Below, in pieces: positions 27,117-39,600 of a stretch of DNA of 64,000 nucleotides (positions are counted from its first letter, which is position 1; each line of letters starts with the position of its first letter). A model generated the notes under the pieces. It worked only from the letters and a program-made list of their open reading frames with translations, did no database searches and had not been told where the DNA came from. Source of the DNA: Octopus vulgaris (Eukaryota); assembly GCA_951406725.2 (NCBI GenBank), contig OX597824.1:52886001-52950000 (forward strand). The letters run 5' to 3'. Made by a program: the position numbers and the translations under genes.

Positions 27117-27176
<60 letters not shown>

Positions 27177-27229
27177 TATGTAGTTTTTGCTACGACAAAG
27201 TTATGCTTGAGGCCTCTTTCTTGGACCAA

Positions 27230-27530
27230 CATCCTCACTAAATTTAGCTCTGAAGTCTCACAATTCAAGACGGCCCTATGGTTTTAGAGTATCGTGAATA
27301 ATTGAAGAATCATGACAATCACCGACAATATTTTTTTGCTTTCCTATGCTCTTACAATCACTCACCCTCGCTGCTCCATTAACCAAAATACCTGGGATAC
27401 AATCGCCAAGGACAGCCCGAAGTGGCAGAATGTCATCATCAAGGGAATGGACCAGATGAAAAATAGCAGACATCAAGAGACAGACTCGCATATACTCACT
27501 CTCCACCAATACCACTCTGAACACCTACCT
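27230..27530 (+). mobile_element. Decayed RTE LINE 3' fragment
   Basis: CSINQNTWDTIAKDSPKWQNVIIKG resembles the RTE C-terminal W-x-x-x-A-x-DR-x-x-W motif. Confidence 0.55.
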
Positions 27531-27661
27531 TAGGCAATGGCACCCTCGATACCCATCAAGATAAAGAGACTCAATTACTCGCTACAGATTAACTACTTGA
27601 ATACAAGTTAAAGCCCCGACGAAAATAATTTTAATCCTGTACCGACAGATAGAAACGCACA

Positions 27662-27711
<50 letters not shown>

Positions 27712-27715
<4 letters not shown>

Positions 27716-27848
27716 TGTCCCAAAAGTTCGTAGAAAGTCTTGGAAAATAATGGTCTTTATTTTGAGGAATAATTTTTGTTGTTTTTGTTAGTACTTGGCG
27801 AGTAAAAATTCAATTTTCGCAAGTGTTTACGAACTTTTGGGACAACCT
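27712..27848. mobile_element. 137-bp mariner-type MITE in (TA)n
   Basis: Perfect 21-bp TIRs AGGTTGTCCCAAAAGTTCGTA (27712-27732, 27828-27848). Confidence 0.85.
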
Positions 27849-27865
27849 AATATATATATATATAT

Positions 27866-28081
27866 AAAGTTAATCCAAACAAGAAAATACAAAACAGCAA
27901 AAAAACACAACAACGCGAGGACGTGGAACAAATAAAGTATTATTGGACGCTCAGGAAAGAAGGGAAGAAGGAGGGTTTAACGTTTCGAGCGGAGCTCTTC
28001 GTCGGAAACATAGGAGAAGGAAAGATCCCGAGAAGGGAAGACAGAGGAAAAAATCGCCAGTGGTACTCACGAGGTCACATA
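27866..28081 (-). mobile_element. PLE pseudo-LTR between (TA)n runs
   Basis: Homologous (inverted) to 29225-29428; contains an HHR motif. Confidence 0.7.
27975..28009 (-). ncRNA. Minimal hammerhead motif, CCGACGA core variant
   Basis: GTTT-CCGACGA-A-GAGC-TCC-GCTC-GAAA-CG-TT-AAAC. Confidence 0.65.
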
Positions 28082-28107
28082 TATATATATATACATATAT
28101 ATATATA

Positions 28108-28497
28108 TTCTCTTTTACTTGTTTCAGTCATTTGACTGCGGCCATGCTGGAGCACCGCCTTTAATCGAGCAACTCGACCCCGGGACTTATTCTTTTGTAA
28201 GCCCAGTACTTATTCTATCGGTCTCTTTTGCCGAACTAACCCTGAAATCGGTCCGATATGGTAATAATGGAATTGTTTAGAGATTTCTGTCGACCTTTTT
28301 TCGAGTAGCGTGCGTACTGGGAAAAAAATTATATGGTAAATGGACAATATGTCCAATTTTTGGCATATTTGGCATTAGAAATTTTTTCGTTTGCCCTTAA
28401 TTATAAGTTGTTTACAATTTAACCTTTAAAGGTATTTTTTAATATGCTGGCCATTGATAAAATTTTTTTTCGAAAAAATTTTATCCTATATTAGATA

Positions 28498-28536
<39 letters not shown>

Positions 28537-28620
28537 AATGTAGGATAAAATTTGCCTAAGGTGCCACGCAGTGGGACTGAACCCGGAACCATGTGGTTGG
28601 TAAACAAGCTACTTACCACA
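28108..28620 (-). mobile_element. Two pieces of the main SINE (3' end 28108-28237; head 28554-28620) separated by unrelated DNA
   Basis: Matches to the 12551-12945 copy; central part absent. Confidence 0.8.
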
Positions 28621-28879
28621 TACCCGCACACACGCACACATCCACACACGCGTACAAAAATTCCATATGCACAGGGAAATGCAGGATGGAAGGTAGAATA
28701 CAGAAAAAAATGTGTAAAAAGTATATGAGCAATAAACCTATAAAAGAATACCTCTATAAATATGTAAAAAAAATTATATATATAAAAAATATATAAGAAA
28801 TGTATATAGAGATAAAAAGCTTGTACGTGGACACAATATAGAAAGCAAGTCCTATCTGTAATCTCGGGGGGGACCAAAA

Positions 28880-29425
28880 ACGTAACAAATATTTAGCCAC
28901 ATATGGACATGAAACAAAAAGTTCAGTTCTTGAATTCAGACATGTGGTGGGGGTCTAAGCTGCTTTTCCAGATGAGCCATCTTTCCATACCACAAAGACT
29001 GCACTTTCCACTGCCGTTAGTGTAGGGCTTACACTTTGCTAAGATCTTCCAATGGATGTTGTAACTGACACCTTTATCTTTTAAGAACCATATATGACTG
29101 GATAATTTGATCGTATACCTTTTATCCCAGTGCCTGAAGTTCAAGGTGTGATTGTTGAATCTAGCATTGAGCTTCAGGCACTGGGATAAAAGGAAAATGA
29201 CCAAATATATATATACATTTCAAAATGTAACCACATGTCAGTCGTTGGCGATTTTTTCCCATCCGTCTGCCTTTCTATTGGACATTCTTCTGTTACTGAA
29301 GGAGAGTGTTGCTCGAAATGTTAAGCCATCTTTATTTCCTTCGCTGAGCCTCTGCTAATACTTTACATGTATCACGTACGTGCATTGTTGATTTTTGTTT
29401 GTTTGTTTTTTCCTTTGGGGGAATT

Positions 29426-29428
<3 letters not shown>
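28880..29428 (-). mobile_element. PLE GIY-YIG C-terminal fragment (28880-29166, -) with an inverted pseudo-LTR (29225-29428, +)
   Basis: RFNNHTLNF...LSSHIWFLK...HWKILAKCKPY...CSLCGME, homologous to 46694..47338; degenerate HHR CTGAAGG-A-GAGT-GTT-GCTC-GAAA at 29292-29326. Confidence 0.8.
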
Positions 29429-29479
<51 letters not shown>

Positions 29480-30799
29480 TAGCCTCAAAGTTATCTAAAG
29501 TCTTTATGAAAGACATCTATAAAAAATGCCGATCAGCATTTTTCTCATTCACATCAAAATTCTTCTGCGTTTATTTCTTTCCTCGAGCAATCTCTTTATA
29601 ACAAAAGCCAATATATATCTAAATGAACACTGCTTATATGTGAAGTGTCTGTACAAGGGTTGTAGTTAAGTCAAATAGACAATCAATAAAAAAAACGTGT
29701 TTGAAGAAGGACGACATCCAGTAATCAATGGAAATGCTGTAATTCATGTCTACATTTATTTTCAGTCAGAGTATTCATACAACTCTCCATTCTTGGCTTG
29801 TATATCTCCAACAATGTCCTGTAATATTACCTTCAGTAAATATCATGAAAAAAAGAAACTTATTTCACAAGAAAAAAAACTGCAAATTTTGGAACTTGAT
29901 CAGATACTCTTTCGAGTAAATCATTGACATCACCAAAACATCACCAAAGAAATGTAGACATTCTTCGCCACCGACTGATCAGTTCATATTTGGATTCTAG
30001 CAGAAGTACAGAAACTAATATATGTTTACGCCTGTGTGAACTATAGCAATCTGTTAGTGATATTTTCCGAGGATATGCAGACAGCAACAAAATTAGACGT
30101 CCACAGAAAATATCCAAGAACTAAAGTGTACATAAGCAGTGAGTAAGGACACAGTTGATAAATTCACTGGTTCTGAGTGATTGTAATTAACCCAAAACAC
30201 CAGCCATTTGTGATTATATAATGCCGCAACCGAAATCTTAAAAATAGGACCGGAAATGGTCTGGTGTTAAATAATTACTAGGTAATAATGATCAACCAAG
30301 TCGAATGATTTAGATAAATTGATCAAAGGCCCACCGAAGCCAGACCTTTCTATGAATACTTCATCTCGTTCAATATACTAGGGTGTTACACGTAAATGTT
30401 TGAGTTAGTAAACGGTGAGATAAATTTTTGGCAGGAGAAATTCAACATTTTGGGTAAAACTCTTCATCGGAGAGAAATGAAACGTCCAGTGGTGCTCAAG
30501 AATAAATATCATTAGAACTAGAAAAAAACACAATGTATAAAAGATGAGGGACGAAGAGACAAGAGGTGACAGAGAAATACAAGATTCAGAATCAAGAGAA
30601 AGAAAAAAGGAGCCCAACAGATATGCAATGAGTTGAGGGAAGGGGGGGAGAAAATAGCAGTGAAACAACATAGACATACAAACACACATACGTACACGTA
30701 CATATATAAACAACTACGTATACAGATGAGCATTTGCCAATATATAAAAATATGCAAATACAAGCGAATTTGCTTCTCGACCATGTACTTATAGCCACA

Positions 30800-30862
<63 letters not shown>

Positions 30863-30881
30863 GACACAGAGAGAGAAAGAG

Positions 30882-31037
30882 ACTTCTTTCAGTTTCCATC
30901 TACCAAGTCAGTTCACAAGGCTTTGGACGACCTGAGGTTATAGTAGAATACACTTACCCAAAGTGCCACACAATGGAACTGAAGCCGTTATCATGTGATT
31001 GACAAGCAAACTTCTTACTATACAGCTACGCCTGCGC
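30882..31037 (-). mobile_element. Main SINE, diverged 5' half
   Basis: CTTCTTTCAGTTTCC.TCTACCAA...CACTTACCCAAAGTGCCAC. Confidence 0.75.
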
Positions 31038-31052
31038 ATATAAATTCTAGGT

Positions 31053-31168
31053 GCTTCCACCACCTAGATTTCCCAAGAATTTACCGATTTAAGTAGTCAC
31101 AGGGCTTCATGTTGCTTGACTTCTGTGCTCGGGCGACAACCGATACCTTCAGCCGTCATTCGTGAGTA
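31053..31168 (-). pseudogene. Diverged 5S rRNA-derived sequence
   Basis: CGGTTGTCGCCCGAGCACAGAAGTCAAGCAACATGAAGCCCTGTGACTACTT...TGGGAAATCTAGGTGGTG is colinear with the animal 5S core (CGGTTCTCGTCCGATCACCGAAGTTAAGCAAC...AGTACTTGGATGGG...TGGGAATACCGGGTG, from memory). Confidence 0.75.
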
Positions 31169-31329
31169 TGACCAAAAAGCGTAAAACAGAATCACGCTTA
31201 CGCCTGTTCTTTTCGGTACTTATGTGGTCGCAAGCAGGCAAGTACACCTTCCCGGCCATGCAAATCTTGATCTAATGGAACATGGAGGATATGACAACTG
31301 AAAGTCGATTGGTATTCATTTTCAAAGTA

Positions 31330-31444
31330 AAGTGAAATGATGTGATTTGTTCAAGGACAAATTGCACCGCCAGGGCCATCAGTGGAACCCACGAAATTAT
31401 GATCCTAAGCCCAGGTCCTCAAATACAGGTTCTCGCGCCTTCAC
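31330..31444 (-). mobile_element. Degenerate tRNA-derived SINE head, second family
   Basis: GTGAAGGCGCG...GTGGGTTCCAC...GTCCTTGAACAA. Confidence 0.45.
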
Positions 31445-31525
31445 AAACACACACGCGCATACACACACATTATATAACCCTATAATTTGATTTTATAATT
31501 TTATAGAACAGAAAATTCTATAACT

Positions 31526-31689
31526 AGGCACAGGCGTGACTGTGTGTTAAGAAGCTTGCTTCCCAACCACATGGTTCCGAGTTCAGTCCCACTACATGAC
31601 ATCTTGGGCAAGTGTCTTCTGCTATAGTCTCGGGCCGGTCAAAGTTTTGTGAGTGGATTTGGTAGATGGAAATTGAAAGAAGACCATTG

Positions 31690-31730
<41 letters not shown>

Positions 31731-31925
31731 CTTTGTGTTTGCCCCCTCCATCAACGCTTGAAAACCGGTGTTGTTGTGTTTGTATCTCTGTAACTTAGCG
31801 GTTCGACAAAAAAATGATACAATAAATATTAGGCTTTAAAAATATAAGTCCTGGAGTTGATTTGTTTGACTAAAAATGCAGTGCTCCAGCATGGCTGCAG
31901 TCAAATGACAGAAACAATTAAAAAG
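31526..31925 (+). mobile_element. tRNA-derived SINE, main family
   Basis: Colinear with 23752-24140. Confidence 0.88.
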
Positions 31926-34366
31926 AAAATTCGTTCCTTTGGAATGTTTTCACTTATAAACATCTCCAAACATCTACAAAGAAATATAACAGACACCGGC
32001 CTTTCGAATTGGTTGGTTAAATTCTCATATAGAGATAAGGAGTATATTGTCTGCTTCTCAAACGTATTTATCTACACCATAGAATACTGGGTTAATTAGG
32101 GGATAAGTTTTAAATTTATTACCATTAATTTCGGTTTTTAAAACCAACGAGCATATTTGCTTTACGCGTATTACTTTCAGATTGTTTTTACTTAAACCAA
32201 GTAAGGTTGGTCATATTATCCCATTTTCACAATTATTTAAAAATGTATCGCAAAAAATTATTACGTTGAAAGTTAAAGTTATGACAGTTGGAGGAAGTTG
32301 AAGAACAGTATTACATTTATTTATTTTTTTAGTGTTTTTTCAGAAGACTGTGTTTGTCTAATGGATTATTTCTATTGTCTATGGTATGTTATGATTGTTT
32401 TATTGTTTTATATAATATCTTCTATAATAATGCTCTTGTGTTTTTCTCCGCCACAATAAATATGAATGAGAAAGGAAGGGGTGATAGATGAATAAGGAAG
32501 GAAGGGGTGGTGGCAAACTGGTAGTAGGATGATGGAAATTTTACGGTGAAAAAATCCAGTATCGTTTCAACTCTGTGTGAGTGTGTGCGTGTGTGTGCGC
32601 GCGCGCGCGCGTGTGTGTGTGTGCAATGGAAGTGGAATGAACATTCAACGCTGAAAAGAAAAATCAAACAGCGTTTCAACTCTGTATATTAGTCACGGTC
32701 AGCTTTATGTAGCCTTAAATCGTACAAGAAGGAAGGACAACTTAAACATTCTTTTGAAGGAAACAAGCAGTCAAGAGATGCAGTTGCGGATGGGTTTTTC
32801 GCAAAACATTTGGTAATAAAAGAATTATTAAACTAAAAACTTGGTTTTGCACCTTATTTATATATAAAACACTACAATTAGCTGTCAATTTTGACGGCAC
32901 GGGACCAGCTAGTAATTATTGTAAAATGTTAGTTAAAATATTATGGGAAGGTAGATGTCGAAGATAAATTTTCATTCAGAATTTTGGTAATCACCATAAG
33001 AAAAGGTATACTGTTAACTGCGAACAAAATTTCTTGTCTGTATTTACAGTTTTGTCTGATTTGTATTCTGATATAAATGAATACAATGATGTAGTTTAAT
33101 GAGTGGCTTTACGAAAATATGAGACAATATTTTTATCGAGCCGAGAATACACGACCGCACCTCAGCGGAATTCGAACTCACAGCATAAGGAGTCGTAAAT
33201 TAACTTTACGAAGCAGTTTGAATGCTAATATATTTCGACCAGTTCCACCACCGATAAGCCCATAAATATATATATATTTTTGGATATCTTATTTTGTTAT
33301 ATTATAAAAGACTGATTTATAAATCTTCAAATACAGAGAATACCCAGAAGGTATTTTACACTGAAGCAAATGGTATACAGCCTACCTTGTTTCATCATCA
33401 TCATCCTCATCATCATCACCATCAATAGCAGTAGCAGCAGTAATTGTAGCAGTTGTCAGAATTGTTCGAAACAAATTTGAACTTTGATTTCATGAGTTCA
33501 GTTCAGTAGGTTTATTCGTTTATTGATTTGTATCCATATTACATATCTCGTTAACTCTCCCTCTCTCTATCTTTTTCTCACTCTGTCAATCTATTTATAT
33601 TTCTACTGCTTCTCTGTCTTTCGTTCTTTCTCTTTCTTCGGTTTGTCTGCCTCTTCTCCACTCACACACACGCTCTCCCCTTCTCTTTTATCGAACATTA
33701 ATTTGACTGATTGGGTCTTGTTCAAAGTGTTACTTTCAGACCATAAAATAGAAGCTAATTATGGCGGCGTGTTGTAAATTAGAGGCTATCAGACGTATAA
33801 AACAAGGAAAAACAACCGCAGTCCCTTTGCTCAGTTGAACAATCCGTTGCCCACGACTTAATTTGCTTCGATATTTTCACAGTTTATTTTGGCTGGCCAG
33901 TAGGAAGTTTACACTCCTCAAGCTAACACTGCTTCACTTAATCTCAATAACAGTTATATAATTAGTTTTAGCTTCTTAAATGCCGAAAGTTGCGCTATCA
34001 AAGGTCACAGTTTTATAACTTCCTCTTTCCTGCTGAATAATTAACAGCCTCTAATTATGCTTTATCTTTCCAATTACCTCAGATTAAAAGTGATTCTTCA
34101 ATGCAATTATAAGAGGTTAAAATTTAGTTGAAGAGCTCACATTCCAAGGGAGGTCATTTTACATCATTTGACATTGTTTAATCAAGTCAAAGCATATATA
34201 AATTATTTTCTATATTGAGGATATTTTTGTACGAAATTCCAACTATATACATGCATATATACTTGTAAAAGCATTCATATATAAATATATATATATATAC
34301 ATATACAAGATGAATTATATATATATATAATTGTGTGTATAATACATATATACATACACGTATGTG

Positions 34367-34412
<46 letters not shown>

Positions 34413-34548
34413 TTATAAATACTGAGCAGTTCTCTCACCTTAAGGAAAATTACCTCTCCCTTCTATTTCTGAGCAAACTTTGTCTACTCGTCTCTTGCTC
34501 CGTTACTCCGAAAGCACCAACAGTCAAAATTCCCACGTATATGCATGC

Positions 34549-34600
<52 letters not shown>

Positions 34601-34605
<5 letters not shown>

Positions 34606-35567
34606 TCGCCAAGCTAATATGGCAGTCCAGAAATATAGGACGAATGCTGCCGTTGAATAACTCAAGAGGCCATCGCCTCCAGCTAGCTATGTGACGCACG
34701 AACCTGTGTCCATTATAATGTTCGAACAGGGGAGGTCAGCCGCTTCCCTTTGATGGTCAGGCATCTGCAGACTAGTTTCAGGGTATTTGCCCCTTATCAA
34801 TGCGGAGCAGCCAAACCCAACTGGCGTCGCTACTAACCGTATGTTCGAAGGATTATTTACCTAAATTCAATTATTTACCTAAATTCACTGGTTTTCAAAA
34901 ATAGAATTATTAAAATTTCTAAGTCTTTCTAAAGGAGACTACGGCATATATATATATGGAACACTATAGAAAGGACAAAGAAGAAAATAGGGAAGGCCAA
35001 CACTTGGTATGATAGCCATAAATACCAGAGTGTCATGTTCGTTGACACCACCCCTGGAGGTGAACTGGCGTACCGCTTTAGAAGGACCCTAGACAAACTT
35101 AAGCTAAGGATTAGGTTGTTGAAAAGCCAGGCAACCCTATCAAATCCATAATCGGTAGAACCTAATCTTTTAGTAGAACCTCCTGTACGGATAGGTACTG
35201 TACTGTGTGTAGATTTAGCCCACAAACAAACTGTAAAGCCAGAAATGTAGTCTATAGTATAAGATGTATAGAGGGACGATGCAGTAACAAGACAACGACA
35301 TACGTAGGGGAAACGGCACGAAGCATAGGAGTGCGGGTAAATGACCATTGGAGAGAACTTAAGGAAGGTAAAAGCTCATCGATTCTGTACCAACACGCCG
35401 AACAGGAACACGGGGGATCAATCAACAACATAGAAGTTAAAATCTTGTCCACACATAGAACAGATGCAACAATCAGACAAATTACAGAAGCTACACACAC
35501 AATAGAAGATAAACCTAGCCTGAATAGGAAACTGGAATGGAACACTAGCACCCACCACAACATATGA
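34601..35567 (+). mobile_element. 5'-truncated PLE (GIY-YIG end, ~34930-35567) preceded by an opposite-strand pseudo-LTR-like segment
   Basis: NCKARNVVYSIRC...YVGETARS...DH...LYQH...RQITEA...PSLNRKLEW; HHR on the minus strand upstream; starts at (TA)n. Confidence 0.8.
34767..34803 (-). ncRNA. Minimal hammerhead motif with U3-A8 core variant
   Basis: GCA-TTGATAA-GGGG-CAAATA-CCCT-GAAA-CTAG-TC-TGC; palindromic ACTAGT stem III, GUC site. Confidence 0.7.
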
Positions 35568-35701
35568 CAGTAGAGGATCCCCATAAACTGGTTACAATAT
35601 AAACAAAACCGAAAACATAATAAATAAAATACACAGATAAATAAACAAATAGAAATAAATAACTATATAAGTTTTTTTTGTTTAATTTAAAAGATTTTTT
35701 G

Positions 35702-35755
<54 letters not shown>

Positions 35756-36098
35756 TAGTATTGTTGTTATACATACATACATACATACAAGCATACGTAA
35801 TGATAATAATAATAAATGGATGTAAACACATGAACAAAATAAGAATAAACAAAAACAATAACAACAAAAACAAATTACACGAACGTATATAAACAGAAGA
35901 TACAAATATTACAGGCATCCCCACACACACACTAACTAAACATAGACGCACATAGAGATATAAGCATACGCAAATGAAGACATACAATAGAAATACGAAA
36001 TGGCTGACGGTTAGTAAGGAGAGACACAAAATACTGCCCTTGTGGCAAATTAAATAAAATTAAGGAGAGACACAAATAAGAAAGAAGAAAACAACGGA

Positions 36099-36138
36099 CC
36101 ACTGATGCGGTCACGGGAGTGTGACGAAAGAACTCTGG
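36099..36138 (+). ncRNA. Minimal hammerhead motif, A9>C, probably degenerate
   Basis: CCA-CTGATGC-G-GTCAC-GGGAGT-GTGAC-GAAA-GAAC-TC-TGG. Confidence 0.55.
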
Positions 36139-36255
36139 GCAAAATAAGATTAAGATTAATGTAAAAAAATAAATAACACTGAAGCAAAATAACACCAAAT
36201 ATATAGTGCGTGTGTTTTTATTGGCTAAACTGGCAAAATGACCATTTCGAAATAT

Positions 36256-36330
<75 letters not shown>

Positions 36331-36369
36331 TGCATGCATGCATGCAAATACGTGGGGATTTTGACTGTT

Positions 36370-36407
<38 letters not shown>

Positions 36408-36685
36408 AGATAAGAAAATGGAGAAATACATCTAAATCAACTATCAATTACCAGATAATACTCAATCACATACTTTATAAAACCACCACATAAGAGACTG
36501 TAGGGTTAAATATAAAAAGCAGAACAAATCAGTGTACATAAAGGAATGTACATAAAAAAGTGTACATAAAAGAGTAATGTTGTATAATAATTAGAATATA
36601 TATAAAAAAGAATATAAATACAAGTAAATATAAATATAAGCATACATTAGATCTTATATATATATATATTTATTTATTTATTTAT

Positions 36686-39600
36686 GTCAGGTCGCTCTAG
36701 AGTGCTACTGGTAACATGTAATCCAGTACAACCTGTTGCATGGTCGGGACGTCGGCGACTAAACTGACAACCCCACCAGGTTCGCTTGATGAGGAGGGTG
36801 CTGTTGGACTCCCTGTGGGATGGAAAAATAAGACCCAACAAAGGGCGGATGAACTCCTGAAGAGTCAACGGCCATCCAACAAAATACCGGCCTGCCCGCC
36901 CAGCCAGTGGGATGGCGTCATCTTATGGCTAAAACAGCACGAAGAACGAAGAGAAAAGGAAAAGGGCCTCAGTACCCTGCACGTCAATCGGGCCACTCCA
37001 TGACGGCGGAGTGCAACTCGAGCGACGAGAGGCTGCTAAGAATCACAGGTTCCCGAAAGCCGTCATGGAACAGGACTAAACTTGCCATATGCACCTACAA
37101 CTGCAGGCCTATGGCAGGGTGGCATGAACTGAACCACCTAATGGAGGAGAGGAAGAAGATCAGGTGCGACGTGTTAGGGCTGTGCGAGACACGCTGGAAG
37201 AAGGAAGCGAGTATACGATGGCAAGATGGATGCATTGTGAGATTAGGAAGAGCAGAAGGTGCTAGATCGGTCGGAGGTATCGGATTCATCGTAAGTAAGG
37301 AATGGGCTTCGAGGGTCGCTTCTTGCCACTTCATATCATCACGGATTGGTGTACTAAATGTGAACCTCTCAGGGAAGGCCACTCTCAAGATTGTCCAGAC
37401 CTATGCTCCCACAAGTGCCAGCGACAACGACGAGGTGGAAGAATTCTATCGACAACTAGACAAAGGGTTGGCTATGAAGTCTACTTACACTGTCGTGATG
37501 GGAGACTTCAACGCAAAGGTTGGACATGGACGACAAGGAGAGGAGTACGTCGGGAGATTTGGCATGGGAGAGAGAAACGAGAGAGGAGAACGTTTGGCTA
37601 CCATGGCAGAGGCGAGGCAGCTCTACATCGGAAACAGCCTATTCAGGAAGAGGGAGAGGAAGAGATGGACTTGGATATCGCCGAACTCTAAGCACCGAAG
37701 CGAGATCGACTACATCCTGGTTGATAAGCGACGCATATTGCATGACGTCTCCGTCGTGACGCCATTCAACACCGGCAGCGATCATCGTCTGGTAAGGGCG
37801 AGGGTCGTTATCGACGAGAAGAGGGAGAAGATGGCGTTGTATTTGGCGTCGAAGGGAAAACGTGTCCGTGTCTACAACGAGGCAAAGCTGCAGGAAGCCA
37901 TCATGCAGGAAGACTGGTGCCAAGGAGACGACATAGACGATGACTACAACTCACTGATAGGGAAACTGAAGGAGTGTTTAAGGAAGGCTAAGGGTGTATG
38001 CCCAAGAGAAAAGAAGGGAAGAATCTCGGGAGAAACTACGAAGTTACTCGAGAAGAGGAAAAATATGAAGAGGACTATTGAAGATCACCTTGAATATTCC
38101 ATTCTCAGCAGAGTGAATCGTCAGCAACTAAAGAAAGACTTTGAGGCATACCGGATGGAGAAGCTCTTGAAGGCCGCAGAGAAAAAGAAGAGCCTCAAGA
38201 AATGCAAGAGGGACATGGTACTATATAGATCGGAGGTGACGGCCCTGAAAAATACAGATGGAATACCGGTCAACGAGAAGAGCGAGATGGAAAAAGTTTG
38301 TGAAGACTTCTACACCAAGCTCTTTAAGTCTACCAGAAATGTCCAGCCGTTACCACCACTCCAACAGGAAGAAAACGTGCCACCTATCCTTGTCAGTGAG
38401 GTTGAAAGAGCCATCGGCTCGATGAAAAACGGAAAGGCTCCAGGGTAAGACGGTATAACATGGGAGGTGCTAAAGTCAGGCAGAGAGCAGCTCCGGAAAA
38501 TCCTCGCTGAACGATTTACGCACTATCTAGACGAGGGAAGAATTCCCTCGCAGTGGAAAGAGTCAAATACCATCCTGCTGCATAAGAAGGGCGACAGAGA
38601 AGATCTAAAGAACTACCGATCCATATGCCTGCTATCTCACGTGTACAAGCTGTTCACGAAGATAATTCTGAACAGGTTGTCACGTCGTCTCGACGAACAA
38701 CGACCGAGGGAGCAAGCAGGCTTCCGGAAGAACTACAGCACAATGGACCATATATTTGCTCTAACGCAACTGCTTGAGCGAGCAAATGAGTACAAGCTGC
38801 CTCTTTGCGTTGCGTTTATAGATTATGAGAAGGCCTTCGATAGCGTCGAAACCAACGCAGTGCTGAACTCGCTGCAGAGGCAAGGAATCGAAGCGCAATA
38901 TGTGCAGCTGCTCAGAGAGGCAAATTCCGGATGCACCACCGAAATAGCTCTACTGTCATCACCCATACGAGTGCCGGTCGAGAAGGGAGTGACGCAAGGA
39001 AATACAATCTCCCCAAAACTTTTCACTGCATGTCTCGAACAGATCATCAGAGGCATCGAATGGCAAGGTGGTGTCAACATCAATGGCGAGCTCCTCACTC
39101 ACCTCCGTTTCGCTGACGACATCGTACTCATTGCTGAAAACATGGATCAGCTTCAGACCATGCTGACGGAGCTCGACATCAAAAGTTCTGTAGTAGGTCT
39201 CAAGATGAACCGCATGAAAACAAAGTTCATGCGGTCAGACAACGTACCAACAGGTCGAATGGTGATCGGCAGTGATGAAATAGAGGAGGTGAGAGAATAT
39301 GTCTACCTGGGACAGGAAGTAAATATGTGTCGGGATATCAAAAAGGAGATCTCACGGAGAGTAAGGGCCGGATGGAAGGCGTTCAATGGCATAAGGGATG
39401 TGCTCAAGGGAAGATTGGACAGGACCACCCGCGACAACCTCATTAACAGTGCAGTTCTGCCTGCAATGTTATATGGTAGTGAAACATGGGCTACCACAAA
39501 GAGAGAAGAGCAAAGACTGGTAACGGCTCAAAGAGCCATGGAAAGGTCAATGCTTGGTATCTCGTTGAGAGAGCACATAAATAACAAGATCATCAGAAAG

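Noticed and set aside
32563-32686. (CG)7 inside (TG)n (Z-DNA potential) between 14-bp direct repeats CGTTTCAACTCTGT
   Set aside because: Common in such genomes; no further support for a function or a defined element.
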